From positions 640,001 to 704,000 of the forward strand of contig CAVUDW010000003.1 of assembly GCA_963740355.1 (NCBI GenBank): a stretch of 64,000 nt of DNA, read 5' to 3'. Origin of the DNA: an uncultured Gemmatimonadaceae bacterium (GTDB lineage: Bacteria > Gemmatimonadota > Gemmatimonadetes > Gemmatimonadales > Gemmatimonadaceae). The number at the start of each line of letters is the position of its first letter. Positions within the stretch are counted from its first letter, which is position 1. A program made the position numbers and the translations under genes. The notes under the pieces are model-generated. The model made no database searches and had not been told where the DNA came from. It was given only the letters and a program-made list of their open reading frames with translations. This document shows positions 41,558-53,196 of this stretch, in pieces.

Positions 41558-42114
41558 ATACTCGTCGGAGCACCTTCTGCAGAGGTGCCAACCTCGTGCC
41601 CGTTGAACGCATCGAACTCGCCGACCGCCGACGGCGGAGACGGGTTCGCGCACAGTACCTGCAGCGTTACGCGTGGGCGTGCACTCTCTCGGCGGGCAGT
41701 TGGGTACTCGACCTCGCGTGGGGATCTGGCTACGGCGCAGCGATGCCGGCTCATTCCGGGGCCACCGAGGTAGTCCGGGCTGACTTGGATATCGACGCCG
41801 TCACCGCTGCTGACGCTCCGCACTTCGAGCATGGTCTTCGGTACGTCGTGCAGGATGCGACTCACGCGGAGCCGGCCGGCGCATCCTTCGACATCATGAT
41901 GAGCTTCGAGAGCATCGAGCACATTTCCGACGACGGCGGTTACACCTCAGTGCCGCATCGGCTCCTGGGTCCAGGCGGCCTTGCTGCCTCGTCTTCAACT
42001 GGTCAGTCGAGCCGCGACGACTTTCTCCGCACTCAAGCCGAGGCCGTGCCGAATCAGGTAGCGTGTGACCTCGACGAAGGTTGTCCATCCAATAGTTCGG
42101 CGCCCCATTCATAA
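41554..42114 (+). pseudogene. Degenerate class I SAM methyltransferase, paralog of the next gene
   Basis: RYAWA..VLDLAWGSGYG..SFESIEH..HRLLGPGG aligns with RYEWA..VLDIACGSGYG..SFETIEH..HRLLRPAG of 42065, then similarity is lost. Confidence 0.55.
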
Positions 42115-42892
42115 GATTCGGGATCTCGTGCCACTCCTCCAATTGAAGGACTACCTGTCGCCCGTTGAGCGCGTTGACTTTGCGTCGGGGTGGCTGCCAC
42201 GCTGGATTCGACTCCAGCATCATCTGCGCTACGAGTGGGCCGCTCGATTCGTGTGCGGCAAAGATGTCCTGGATATTGCGTGCGGCAGCGGTTACGGCAC
42301 GCGAATCCTCGCTGCTGCTGGTGCACGAACGGTACTCGGAGCTGATGTAGACGCGCCGTCAGTAGAGGCAGCATCTCGCCAATCAAATGCGGAAACGGTC
42401 AGCTTCCGCGTCGCGGACGCAACCGCTACGGGTCTGCCATCCGCGTCGTTAGACGTCATCACCAGCTTTGAGACAATTGAGCATGTGCGAGATGACATCG
42501 CTTACGTGAGAGAGATGCACCGGCTACTTCGGCCCGCTGGTGTGTTCCTCTGCTCAACGCCGAATCGCGTAGTGATGAATCCTACGCGGAGCATCCACGA
42601 CGGCTCCTTCAATCCTCACCACGTGCGGGAGTACGGGGCAGAGGAATTGCGACGCCTGCTGCGAGTGCAATTTGGGGAGGTCGAGATATTGGGCCAGGCG
42701 CCCTTTTCTCAGCGCTACGTGTATGGTCTGACTTTACTAGGTCGCGTTCATATGATGGCCGCGGTCCGCGCGCATCAGATTCGTAAGCTGATCACAAGTC
42801 CCTTGGTTGACACACGGGATCGGCACGCAGTGTCGGCGAGTTCATCGAGCGAGATGCTCCCGGAGATACTGGTGGCGCTATGCCGGCCGTGA
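42065..42892 (+). CDS. Class I SAM-dependent methyltransferase (glycan-cluster type)
   Basis: H..RY.WA, LDIACGSGYG, SFETIEH, STPNR, NPHHVREY. Start uncertain. Confidence 0.88.
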   Translation: MTSTKVVHPIVRRPIHKIRDLVPLLQLKDYLSPVERVDFASGWLPRWIRLQHHLRYEWAARFVCGKDVLDIACGSGYGTRILAAAGARTVLGADVDAPSVEAASRQSNAETVSFRVADATATGLPSASLDVITSFETIEHVRDDIAYVREMHRLLRPAGVFLCSTPNRVVMNPTRSIHDGSFNPHHVREYGAEELRRLLRVQFGEVEILGQAPFSQRYVYGLTLLGRVHMMAAVRAHQIRKLITSPLVDTRDRHAVSASSSSEMLPEILVALCRP

Positions 42893-44031
42893 CGCAGTCG
42901 TATGGGCGCCCGAGACCGCTGCGCGTTGCGATCGTTCATCATTGGATCGTCGAGCGCGCGGGTGGGGAGAAAGTGATTGAGTCACTGCTCCGCCTCTACC
43001 CGAATGCCGACGTCTACACAAACATGTATCGCCCCCGCGAGCTGGACGGACCTCTCAGCGAGCGCGCGATCCGAACGACGCTTGTGAATCTTCTACCGTA
43101 CACGCCATCGCTGCTCCCCCTCTACGTGCCGCTCATGCCTGCGGCGTTGGCGCGCCTCGACCTCCGTGACTACGACCTAGTAATCAGCAACGAGTCTGGG
43201 CCATCGAAAGGAGTGCGTGTGGGTCCGCAGACCGTGCACGTATGCTACTGCCAGTCTCCCATGCGATACGTCTGGGATATGGAGGCTGAGTACCTTGCGG
43301 CAGCGTCGCCGCTGATTCGGCCAGCCATGCGTATTGCTGCATGGTACCTCCGAAAGTGGGATCGATCGAGCGCAAAGCGACTGGATCTGGTCATTGCGAA
43401 CTCGCGACATACTCAGGAACGAGTGCGCATCGCCTGGCAGCGGGACTCGATCATCGTCCACCCACCTGTTGAGGTGGATCGCTTCGCACCGGTCGACCCA
43501 AGGCGCGACCATTTTGTCTTCCTCGGACGCTTGGTCCCGTACAAGCGGGCGGATTTGGCGGTGAAGGCCGCGAACCATCTCGGCCGGCGCCTCGTGGTCA
43601 TCGGGGACGGCCCGGAGATGCCGCGCCTGAAGCGGCTTGCGGGAGGAACTATCGAGTTCCTCGGTCGCGCATCGCACGAGATTGTGAGCGAAGTGATGGG
43701 GAGCGCACGCGCGCTCCTTTTCCCGGGGGAAGAAGACTTCGGCATCGTACCAGTCGAGGCCATGGCGGCTGGAGTACCTGTAATCGCATTCGGTCGAGGC
43801 GGCGCGCTTGACACCGTCGTCGACGGTGTGACCGGCATACTGCACGATGAGCAGACGGTGGAGTCAATTGCGCAAGCCATCCGGCGCCTGGATGCGTCTC
43901 CCCATTCCTTCCCGGCCGAGGGGCTCCGTTTACATGCAAAGTCGTTTTCATTCGAGAACTGGGCCATCAACTTCCGAAAAGCAGTGGATGCCGCGTTGGA
44001 GAAGCGTGGTCTCGGCCCGAATTGCGCCTAA
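42889..44031 (+). CDS. GT4 family glycosyltransferase (mannosyltransferase-like)
   Basis: AIVHHW....GGEKV, YC.SPMRY.WD, GRLVPYKR, EEDFGIVPVEAMAAG. GTGA overlap with the methyltransferase. Confidence 0.92.
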   Translation: MTQSYGRPRPLRVAIVHHWIVERAGGEKVIESLLRLYPNADVYTNMYRPRELDGPLSERAIRTTLVNLLPYTPSLLPLYVPLMPAALARLDLRDYDLVISNESGPSKGVRVGPQTVHVCYCQSPMRYVWDMEAEYLAAASPLIRPAMRIAAWYLRKWDRSSAKRLDLVIANSRHTQERVRIAWQRDSIIVHPPVEVDRFAPVDPRRDHFVFLGRLVPYKRADLAVKAANHLGRRLVVIGDGPEMPRLKRLAGGTIEFLGRASHEIVSEVMGSARALLFPGEEDFGIVPVEAMAAGVPVIAFGRGGALDTVVDGVTGILHDEQTVESIAQAIRRLDASPHSFPAEGLRLHAKSFSFENWAINFRKAVDAALEKRGLGPNCA

Positions 44032-44329
44032 ACATCTGAGGTTGACTGTGGCAGCGAAAATTGGCGCACTTTGTCGCATCCGAAATTTTTAAGAATGCAT
44101 AGTCAGGTTAGGACGTCCTTCTCCCATGATTTGAAGCTGACCGCTGCGAAATTTCAAGACGCCGCCTTGTATTGAGGCTTGTCGCCTCTGCCGACTTTCG
44201 GCCAATCGCCTTTGGCCTCGTGACGACTCTTGCATCAACCGGGGCGGTCTGGCCGTCGCGGTGCCGCACGCTAGGCTGCATTCATTCTATTGTCCCGCTT
44301 TCCACCCGACCTCACGCAACTCAGCTACG

Positions 44330-45319
44330 ATGACGCCTGCCCACGACGCCCTCCCCCTCCCCACCCGCACCGACTGGTCGGGCGTGGCGGTCGTGGTCCC
44401 GTGCCTGAACGAAAGCGCGACCATCGAGCACGTGGTCCGCGAGTTCGCGTCCGCCCTTCCCGGCGCAACCATCGTCGTCTTCGACAACGCCAGCACCGAC
44501 GACACCGCCGCGGTCGCGCGTCGCGCGGGCGCTGTCGTGGTACTCGAGAAACGCCGCGGCAAGGGCAACGTCGTCGCCGCCATCCTCGATCGAGTGGACG
44601 CCGATTTCTACATCATGGTGGACGGTGACGGCACCTACCCCGCGGCCGCCGCCCCCGCGCTGCTGGCTCCCCTTCTTGCGGAGGGCGCGGACATGGTGGT
44701 CGCACAGCGCCTGGCCGGCTACGAAGCGGGATCCTTCCGACCGCTGCATGTCGGCGGCAACCGTCTGGTGGTCTGGCTGATCAACCGGATCTTCCGAGCA
44801 TCCCTCACCGACGTCATGTCCGGCTACCGCGCCTTCACGCGCGAGGTCGCCCTCGCCCTGCCGATCGTGGCATGGGGCTTCGACGTCGAGACGGAGATGA
44901 CGCTTCAGCTCCTGTACCGACGATTCATGATCGCCGAGATCCCCGTCCCGTACGGCGCGCGGCCGGAAGGCAGCCACTCCAAGCTGCGCACCATCCCCGA
45001 CGGTATCCGCGTGCTGGGCAAGATCCTCGGCGTGCTGAAAGCATACAAGCCGCTCACCTTCTTCGGTGGCATCGCCATTGCACTCTTCCTGGCCGGTGCC
45101 ATCGTTGGCTACTTCCCGATCCGCGAGTACGTCGAGACGCGATTCGTCGGCAGCGTCCCCAAGGCCATTCTGGCAGCCGGGCTGATGGTGCTGAGCGTGC
45201 TCGTGGCCTCGGTCGGAGTGCTGTTGCACACGCTGAACTTCCGTCTGCGCGAGGCGGAGTCACTGGCGATGCGCCGCCGCTCCGATTCGCGTGTGATCCG
45301 GGTTCGGGCTGAGCCATAG
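44330..45319 (+). CDS. GT2 polyprenol-phosphate glycosyltransferase (DPM1-like) with two C-terminal TMs
   Basis: VPCLNE, DNASTD, GKGNV, VDGDGTY, DVMSGYRAF, FDVETE, RPEGS.SKL. Confidence 0.9.
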   Translation: MTPAHDALPLPTRTDWSGVAVVVPCLNESATIEHVVREFASALPGATIVVFDNASTDDTAAVARRAGAVVVLEKRRGKGNVVAAILDRVDADFYIMVDGDGTYPAAAAPALLAPLLAEGADMVVAQRLAGYEAGSFRPLHVGGNRLVVWLINRIFRASLTDVMSGYRAFTREVALALPIVAWGFDVETEMTLQLLYRRFMIAEIPVPYGARPEGSHSKLRTIPDGIRVLGKILGVLKAYKPLTFFGGIAIALFLAGAIVGYFPIREYVETRFVGSVPKAILAAGLMVLSVLVASVGVLLHTLNFRLREAESLAMRRRSDSRVIRVRAEP

Positions 45320-45342
45320 CGAGCTGCCCTGCTTGGAACGGC

Positions 45343-45405
45343 GCAGAACGCTAACGGCATTCACGCAGAACTGAACAGCCGCGGAACTGTAACTGCGAAA
45401 CGCAG
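45343..45405. repeat. Left arm of REP-like composite palindrome (IS110 target region)
   Basis: cacgcagaactgaacagccgcggaactg (45362-45389) is an inverted match to 46775-46813. Confidence 0.7.
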
Positions 45406-45422
45406 AGTAGCTGTGTTGAAAG

Positions 45423-46820
<1,398 letters not shown>

Positions 46821-46859
46821 AGTTGCTCTTCTCCGTGCTCCTGCGTCCCGCCGCAGCGA

Positions 46860-47849
46860 TCAGTGATTGACCAGCACCAGCTTGCCGCGCACGTCACGGG
46901 CAGCCATGCGCGCAAAGGCGGCCTTGAGGTCCGACATCGGCAGCGTTGCATCGATGATCGGCTTGATCTTGCCCTGACCATACCATGTCATGAGCTCGAG
47001 CATCATGCCAGCCGCCGCACGCGGCTCGCGGCGAGCGTAGTCGCCCCAGAACACGCCGACGATCGACGCGCCCTTGAGCAGGGCGAGGTTGAGCGGCAGC
47101 GCGGGGATCGGCCCGGCGGCGAACCCGACGACCAGGTGCCGACCACGCCAGGCGATCGAACGGAACGCCGCCTCGGTCTGGTCGCCACCAACCGGATCGT
47201 AGATCACGTCAGGTCCCTTGCCGTCCGTGTGCGTCTTGATCGCGTCGCGCAGATTTTCCGTCGAGGTATCGATCGTCGCGTCGGCACCGATCCCCCGCGT
47301 CAGCGCACACTTTGCCGCACTGGAGGCGGCGGCGATCACGCGCGCACCAGCCGCCTTCGCGATCTGGATCGCCGCTGTGCCGACCCCACCGGCGGCGCCG
47401 AGCACCAGTACCGTCTCGCCTGACTTCAGCTGCGCACGATCGATCAACGCATGATGTGACGTGGCGTACGTCATGATGAAGGCGGCCGCGTCAGCCATCG
47501 GGAATCCGACCGGCAGCGGCACACACAACATCGCGTTCACGGACGCGTGCGTCGCGAAGGCCCCGATGTTCGAGAGGCAGGCCACATTCTGCCCGACCTT
47601 CAAGTGCTTCACACCCGCTCCGACCCCGATCACCGTGCCGGCGAACTCGGCGCCCGGGATGAACGGCAGCGGTGGCTTGAACTGGTACTTGCCCTGCACG
47701 ATCAGCAGGTCGGGGAAGTTCAGGCTGGCCGCGCGGATCTCGACCAGCACCTCCATCTCGCCCGGCACCGGTGTGGGCACGTCGACCCACTGCAGGTCGT
47801 CAACTCCGGTCGCAGTCTCGCAAAGCCAGGCGCGCATTTCGTGCTCCAC
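46860..47849 (-). CDS. NADPH:quinone oxidoreductase (zeta-crystallin/MDR family)
   Basis: LNFPD, PFIPG.E.AG, LGAAGGVGTAA, YDPVGG, GFAAG, GKLVL. Confidence 0.92.
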   Translation of the reverse strand: MEHEMRAWLCETATGVDDLQWVDVPTPVPGEMEVLVEIRAASLNFPDLLIVQGKYQFKPPLPFIPGAEFAGTVIGVGAGVKHLKVGQNVACLSNIGAFATHASVNAMLCVPLPVGFPMADAAAFIMTYATSHHALIDRAQLKSGETVLVLGAAGGVGTAAIQIAKAAGARVIAAASSAAKCALTRGIGADATIDTSTENLRDAIKTHTDGKGPDVIYDPVGGDQTEAAFRSIAWRGRHLVVGFAAGPIPALPLNLALLKGASIVGVFWGDYARREPRAAAGMMLELMTWYGQGKIKPIIDATLPMSDLKAAFARMAARDVRGKLVLVNH

Positions 47850-47877
47850 ACGTAAGGACGAACAGTGAGACGCTCAT

Positions 47878-49026
47878 TCAGTGCTGGCCTGAACCCGCAG
47901 TAAATCGTGCCAGCGAAAAGAGGGACGTGTCGAATCCTACTCGGCCGTCGGTCGCCATGTCGGCCAGGACTTCGCCGAGGGCGCTGGAGAACTTGAACCC
48001 GTGCCCCGAGCAGGGCGACGCGATGATCACCGCCGGACAGTCGGGGTGCACATCGATAAGGAAATGATCGTCAGGCAGGTTCGTGTACATGCAGACGCCA
48101 GTTTCGCGCAGCGCTCCCGCGGCATCCGGCATGTGTTCGCGCACCACGCCCGTGATGAACGCGATTTCGTCCGTGCCAACGGTGCGCCGCACCGTGTCCG
48201 GATCACTGACCTCACCGTAATGGTGCAGCGCCAGCTTCACACCATCGCCCGTGTCGGCGAACCCATAGAGGCAGAGCGTCGGCGTCAGCTCGTGAATGAA
48301 CACCGGAAATCGTTCGGGCGCGAAGTGTGATGGATTCTCAAGCGGTGCGAACCAGTACAGCACATTGCGCTGGACCGTGAACGGCAGCGCCAGCTCGCGA
48401 CACACCTTCCCGACCCACGCCCCCACTGTGAGGATCAACCGCGCGGCACGGTACGTCCCTTTTGTGGTCGTCACCTCGACCCCGTCGCCCGCGGCACGCC
48501 ACGACAGCATCGCTTCGTTGCTGTGAACCGTTGCCCCATGCTTGACGGCGAGATCTACGTAGGTCGCAATCGCCAACTCCGGCGCCAGCATGCCGGCACG
48601 CGGCTCCACCACCGCCACGTCCCCCTCACGAGGGCGGAAGGCTGGATAGCGGCGCCGAATCTCGTCGGCCGCGATGATCTCATGCGGCAGGCCATGCAGC
48701 TCGGCACTCAGGCGCGCACCTGACACCACCGCACTGTCGGGCGCGCCCAGCATCAAGCCGCCGGTCTGCCGGAACACTGTGACGCCACTCTCCGTCTCGA
48801 GATCGCGCCACAACTCGTACGCGCGCTGCACCAGCGGCACATACCGCGGATCTTCGAAGTACGCCTCACGGATGATGCGCGACTTGCCGTGGGACGAGCC
48901 GAGTGAGTGCGCAGGCGTGAACTGCTCGATGCCGAGGACATTCAGTCCGCGATGCGCCAGCTGATGGAGCGACGCGCTGCCCATCGCACCCAGTCCAACG
49001 ACGATGACATCAAAAGTGGTGGCCAT
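47878..49026 (-). CDS. solA: N-methyl-L-tryptophan/monomeric sarcosine oxidase
   Basis: VVGLGAMG FAD motif, GSSHG.SRIIR.AY, CMYT (covalent FAD Cys), CSGHGFKF. Confidence 0.88.
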   Translation of the reverse strand: MATTFDVIVVGLGAMGSASLHQLAHRGLNVLGIEQFTPAHSLGSSHGKSRIIREAYFEDPRYVPLVQRAYELWRDLETESGVTVFRQTGGLMLGAPDSAVVSGARLSAELHGLPHEIIAADEIRRRYPAFRPREGDVAVVEPRAGMLAPELAIATYVDLAVKHGATVHSNEAMLSWRAAGDGVEVTTTKGTYRAARLILTVGAWVGKVCRELALPFTVQRNVLYWFAPLENPSHFAPERFPVFIHELTPTLCLYGFADTGDGVKLALHHYGEVSDPDTVRRTVGTDEIAFITGVVREHMPDAAGALRETGVCMYTNLPDDHFLIDVHPDCPAVIIASPCSGHGFKFSSALGEVLADMATDGRVGFDTSLFSLARFTAGSGQH

Positions 49027-49150
49027 GGTCCGCCAACGATGCCGTCATACATCGGCCCCGTCAACGACCGCGGCGCAATCCGTTGGCGAACCTTCTTGGC
49101 GATGCTCGGGAGCAGCGTGTACGCACGCCTCGCGTGCATGCCACTGCAGG

Positions 49151-49825
49151 TTACGGCGTCGCGGTGGCGGTGATGGTGACAGGATCGATCGTCGACGCGC
49201 GCACCAGGGCGGTGTTGGTGCCGGCGATTGGTCCCATCGTCCACTTCACTGTCGCTTCACCGGAGGCGTTGGTGAGGATGCTCTGTGGCGCGATGGCGCC
49301 ACCACCCGAGGTGACCTGGAAGCTGACATTGATGCTGTCCATCGGCGTGTTGTTCGCGCCGAGCACGCGCACCACGACATTGTTGAGCAGCGCCACCGAC
49401 ACCCGTGCGCTCTGGTTGTTGCCCTGTGCAATCACGATGTCGCTGGGCAGCACGCCGGTGGCCGTCGCACGCACCGGCTCGAGGCCCGGAATGGTCGCCA
49501 GCAGTGCTTGTGCGGCTTCCGGCCCGAGGGTCCACTTCACACGTGCTTCGCCATTGTCATCCGTCTTGACGGATGCCGAGTCGACTGCGCCGCCACCCTG
49601 CACGATCACGAACGTGATGGCTGCACCGCCCACCCCCGTGCCGGCTGCGTCGGTGGCGCGAAAGACGAGGGGCGCTCGCAGCAGGCGGCTCGCCTGTCGC
49701 GTCTGCAGGTCGCCCGACACGATCGTCAGCTTATCGACCGCTTCCGGCGCGACGACCTTCTTGCAGGCGGTGAGGCTGAGCAGAACAAGGATGCCGATGG
49801 CCGGCGCAACGTGGGCTCGGAGCAT
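49151..49825 (-). CDS. Lipoprotein with two bacterial Ig-like (Big_1) repeats
   Basis: Lipobox LTAC and two repeats of SG..Q...V.F....GGG.....T...GEA.V.WT.G. Confidence 0.8.
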   Translation of the reverse strand: MLRAHVAPAIGILVLLSLTACKKVVAPEAVDKLTIVSGDLQTRQASRLLRAPLVFRATDAAGTGVGGAAITFVIVQGGGAVDSASVKTDDNGEARVKWTLGPEAAQALLATIPGLEPVRATATGVLPSDIVIAQGNNQSARVSVALLNNVVVRVLGANNTPMDSINVSFQVTSGGGAIAPQSILTNASGEATVKWTMGPIAGTNTALVRASTIDPVTITATATP

Positions 49826-50032
49826 CACTCGAAACGGAGCGCGCAGTGATGAACGAATCGAGGCTCGAGCCGCGGCAATGGTTGAGGCAGTCACGTCAGA
49901 TACGGTCGCTTCGGGAAACAGGAGGTTCCTCCCCTATTCTCGGAAGCGGCGACCGAAAACTGTGGCTGTTTCGCGCCCCTGCCTCAACCAAGGCTCACGA
50001 CCATCCGGTGGCTGGGTTCGCCAGCGATTGGC

Positions 50033-50761
50033 TCAGGCGCTCGCCAGTTTCCAGAGTAGCGCCGCCAATGACGCGCCGGCGATCGGCCCGAGGACCGGCA
50101 CCCAGCTGTAGCTCCAGTCGCTGTGACCCTTGTTCGCGATCGGGAGAAGAGCGTGGGCGATACGCGGCCCGAGGTCGCGAGCGGGATTGATGGCATAGCC
50201 GGTGGGACCACCAAGGCTGAGCCCGATGCCCCAGACGAGCGCGGCCACGAGGGCCGGACCGAGGTTCGTGGCCGGCGAGCCCCCCGCCACGCCCTTGCTG
50301 CCGATCGCATTCGCCACCAGCACCAACACGGCCGTACCGATGACTTCGCTTGCCACGTTGGCGGCTGGTTTGCGGATCGCTGGTGCCGTGCAGAAACAGG
50401 CGCGAATCGCGTCAGCGTCGCGGGTGGCAGCCCAGTGCGACGAGTAGTGCACCCACACCAGCGTCGCCCCCACCATTGCGCCCGCCAACTGGGCACCGAT
50501 GTGGAAGATCGCATCACTCATGGTGCGCGAGCCGAGCAGGACATTCGCAATCGTCCCGGCCGGATTCAGCTCGCCAGGTGCCCCCAATCCCACCGCGACC
50601 AGCACGCCAGCCAACACCGCGAAGGCCCAGCCGGCCGTGATCACCACCCACCCCGCATCCTTCGCCTTCGACTCGTTCAGCAGCACACCAGCGACGACTC
50701 CATTACCGAGCAGAATCAGGACGGCGGTACCGAGGAACTCACCAAGAGCGGTCGATGGCAT
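50033..50761 (-). CDS. glpF: MIP family aquaglyceroporin
   Basis: EFLGT, LNPA, GGPTGYAINPARDLGPR. Confidence 0.9.
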   Translation of the reverse strand: MPSTALGEFLGTAVLILLGNGVVAGVLLNESKAKDAGWVVITAGWAFAVLAGVLVAVGLGAPGELNPAGTIANVLLGSRTMSDAIFHIGAQLAGAMVGATLVWVHYSSHWAATRDADAIRACFCTAPAIRKPAANVASEVIGTAVLVLVANAIGSKGVAGGSPATNLGPALVAALVWGIGLSLGGPTGYAINPARDLGPRIAHALLPIANKGHSDWSYSWVPVLGPIAGASLAALLWKLASA

Positions 50762-50980
50762 GGGACACGCGGAAGAAGGTGACGGAACGGTTGGAGCGCA
50801 CGACGATACCAGGAGATTCCAATCCCAACGGTCGCGGCGCGCGCGAAACCTATGTCCATGCGCACTGAACCGTCGCGGGCCACTCTGTTGCCCCGCGCGT
50901 CTGGCAGCGGCATCTTCCACGCTCCATAGGGTACCGGAACAGGCGACGCCGCACGTCCCGCGGGCATGAGCTGAGGCTCA

Positions 50981-53167
50981 TTGCCGCGTCGCAACGGAAG
51001 TGAGACTTCCGGTTCGGTCGCATTCCACACCAATCCGTTGCGTCTCTTCGCCGCACTTCGCCGTGTCAGCCCCGCCGTCCTCCTCGCCATCGTCATTGGC
51101 GCAGGTGCCGTAGCGCTCAACGTCCTCCTCGCTCGCCAACTGGTCGAGATCGAGCAGGACGCGCACTCGATCGCGGAAAGCTGGATCGAACGCTCGGCGA
51201 CCCTGGCGAACTTCGAGGATGGGGTGCGCGAGTTCCGGCGGCACGAAGCGCTCTTCGCGCTCAGCCCGGACGGCCCCGAGCATCGCTCGCACACGGTGAT
51301 GCTCGATTCGTTGCGCGCCAGCAACGATCGGACGTTGGCTGCGTTGATCCGGCTCGATGGCGGTGCCGCCGATTCCACCGGCACGGAGTCACTCCGCCGC
51401 GAATGGTCGCGGTATCGCACGTTGCACTTCGCCGATCGCGCGCTGCCGAGTGGCAATGACAGCCCGTCGCTGAAGCGGTTTCGCGACCGTGAGCCACTGT
51501 TCCAGCAGATGATTGCACAGGCACGCGGCGCGCAAGTGGCGATGCGTGCAGGCGCGCGCGGTGTGGCCATGCGCAGCGAGCGCACCACGCAGGCGTCGCA
51601 GGGCCTGTTGATCGCGCGAACGCTGATGGTGCTGGCCGTGATCGTCCTCGTCGAACTGCTGCGCCGCAGCTGGAAGGAGCGATCCGAGGCAGAACAGCGC
51701 TGGCGTGACGTCGCCGATCAATCGGTGGGCGTGGTGTGGGAAGTCGGGCCGAACGGCCGCATCCGATTCTGCTCACGCTCGGGCTTCGAGGTGCTTGGCC
51801 GCGAGGCGAACGTCGTCGATGGTCGGCACGCGCTTCGGTTCATTCACGCCAACGATCGCCGTTGCATCCTCAGCAAGCTGAAAGCTGCCGCGCCGACCAA
51901 CGCACCGATCCGCGACCTCGAAGTCCGGGTGGTTCGTTCCGATGGCACTCTTCGATGGCTTGCCGTCAGTGCGCAGCCACTGCGCACGCGGGATGGTCGG
52001 CACGATGGGTTCCGTGGGCTGGCCGTCGACATCACGCGTCGCACGCAAGCCGAGCAGGCGCTCGCGCAAAGCCGCCGCATCGAGGCCGTCGGCACCCTGG
52101 CTGGTGGTGTCGCACACGACCTGAACAACGTGCTGGCTGCCGTCACCGGCTATGCACAATTGGCGCAGGCCGAGTTGCCGGCGACACATCCCGCGCAACA
52201 GGACATGGCTGCGATCACTGCGGCCGCCGAACGCGGAGCCGGGCTGGTGCGACGCGTGCTGCAGTTCGCGCGGCAGCGCCCAACCCAGCGGCAGCCCGTC
52301 GAGATCGCGGAACTGGTGCACGAAGTGACGCAGCTGCTGCGCCCGCAACTGCCGCCAACGGTGCGCATTCGTCTCGACCTGCCGGATGCGGAGAGCCTCG
52401 TCCTCGCCGACCCGACGGAGCTGCATCAGGTGGTGGTGAACATCGCAGCCAATGCGATCAACGCCATGCGGGACAGCGGCACGACGCTGGGATTCACGGT
52501 CGCGGCCACCGAACATGACGTGGTATTGACGATCGTGGACGACGGCGCTGGCATGTCGGCCGACGTGCTCGATCGCGCCATCGAGCCGTTCTATACCACG
52601 CGTGACGTTGGCGAAGGCACAGGGATGGGCCTGGCGGTAGCCCACGGCGTCGTCACCTCACTCGGCGGCACCTTGCACATCGCCTCGACCCTCGGCAAGG
52701 GCACGACGGTGACGGTGACACTGCCGCGCGCGGTGAGTCGGACGCAGCCGGCGACGGAGCCCGCGCAGTCGGCACCGAACGAGCGGGTGTCGCTGCGAGT
52801 GATCGTCGTCGATGACGATCCACAGGTCCGCAATGCGATCGTGCGGGTGCTCGAGCGCGCAGGCCACGCGGTGGATGCCTTTGCCGCGGCGCCGGCGGCG
52901 CTGGACGCGGTGCGCGTGGCGCCATCGCGGGCCGACGTGGTGCTCACCGACCTGACCATGCCGGGAATGAATGGCCTCGAGTTCACCGCCCTGCTGCAGG
53001 CCATCCATGGCGCACCACCGGTGGTGATGAGCAGTGGCTACCTCGACCTGGTGACCAGCGAGCAGGCCCGCGCACTCGGGATCGTGACGCTCCTCGACAA
53101 GCCGGTGGATTCGGGCACCTTGCTGAAGGCGCTTCATGACGCGGCGAGAGTGGTACGGGTGGCCTGA
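50981..53167 (+). CDS. Hybrid sensor kinase (periplasmic helical sensor, PAS, HisKA, HATPase, receiver)
   Basis: Two TMs, PAS (FIH.ND, DG..RW), GGVAHDLNN, DDGAG, GTGMGL, VDDD/TDL.MP receiver. Start uncertain. Confidence 0.9.
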   Translation: MPRRNGSETSGSVAFHTNPLRLFAALRRVSPAVLLAIVIGAGAVALNVLLARQLVEIEQDAHSIAESWIERSATLANFEDGVREFRRHEALFALSPDGPEHRSHTVMLDSLRASNDRTLAALIRLDGGAADSTGTESLRREWSRYRTLHFADRALPSGNDSPSLKRFRDREPLFQQMIAQARGAQVAMRAGARGVAMRSERTTQASQGLLIARTLMVLAVIVLVELLRRSWKERSEAEQRWRDVADQSVGVVWEVGPNGRIRFCSRSGFEVLGREANVVDGRHALRFIHANDRRCILSKLKAAAPTNAPIRDLEVRVVRSDGTLRWLAVSAQPLRTRDGRHDGFRGLAVDITRRTQAEQALAQSRRIEAVGTLAGGVAHDLNNVLAAVTGYAQLAQAELPATHPAQQDMAAITAAAERGAGLVRRVLQFARQRPTQRQPVEIAELVHEVTQLLRPQLPPTVRIRLDLPDAESLVLADPTELHQVVVNIAANAINAMRDSGTTLGFTVAATEHDVVLTIVDDGAGMSADVLDRAIEPFYTTRDVGEGTGMGLAVAHGVVTSLGGTLHIASTLGKGTTVTVTLPRAVSRTQPATEPAQSAPNERVSLRVIVVDDDPQVRNAIVRVLERAGHAVDAFAAAPAALDAVRVAPSRADVVLTDLTMPGMNGLEFTALLQAIHGAPPVVMSSGYLDLVTSEQARALGIVTLLDKPVDSGTLLKALHDAARVVRVA

Positions 53168-53196
53168 TGGCTACGTGCCAAACGGGGTGCGCGCGT

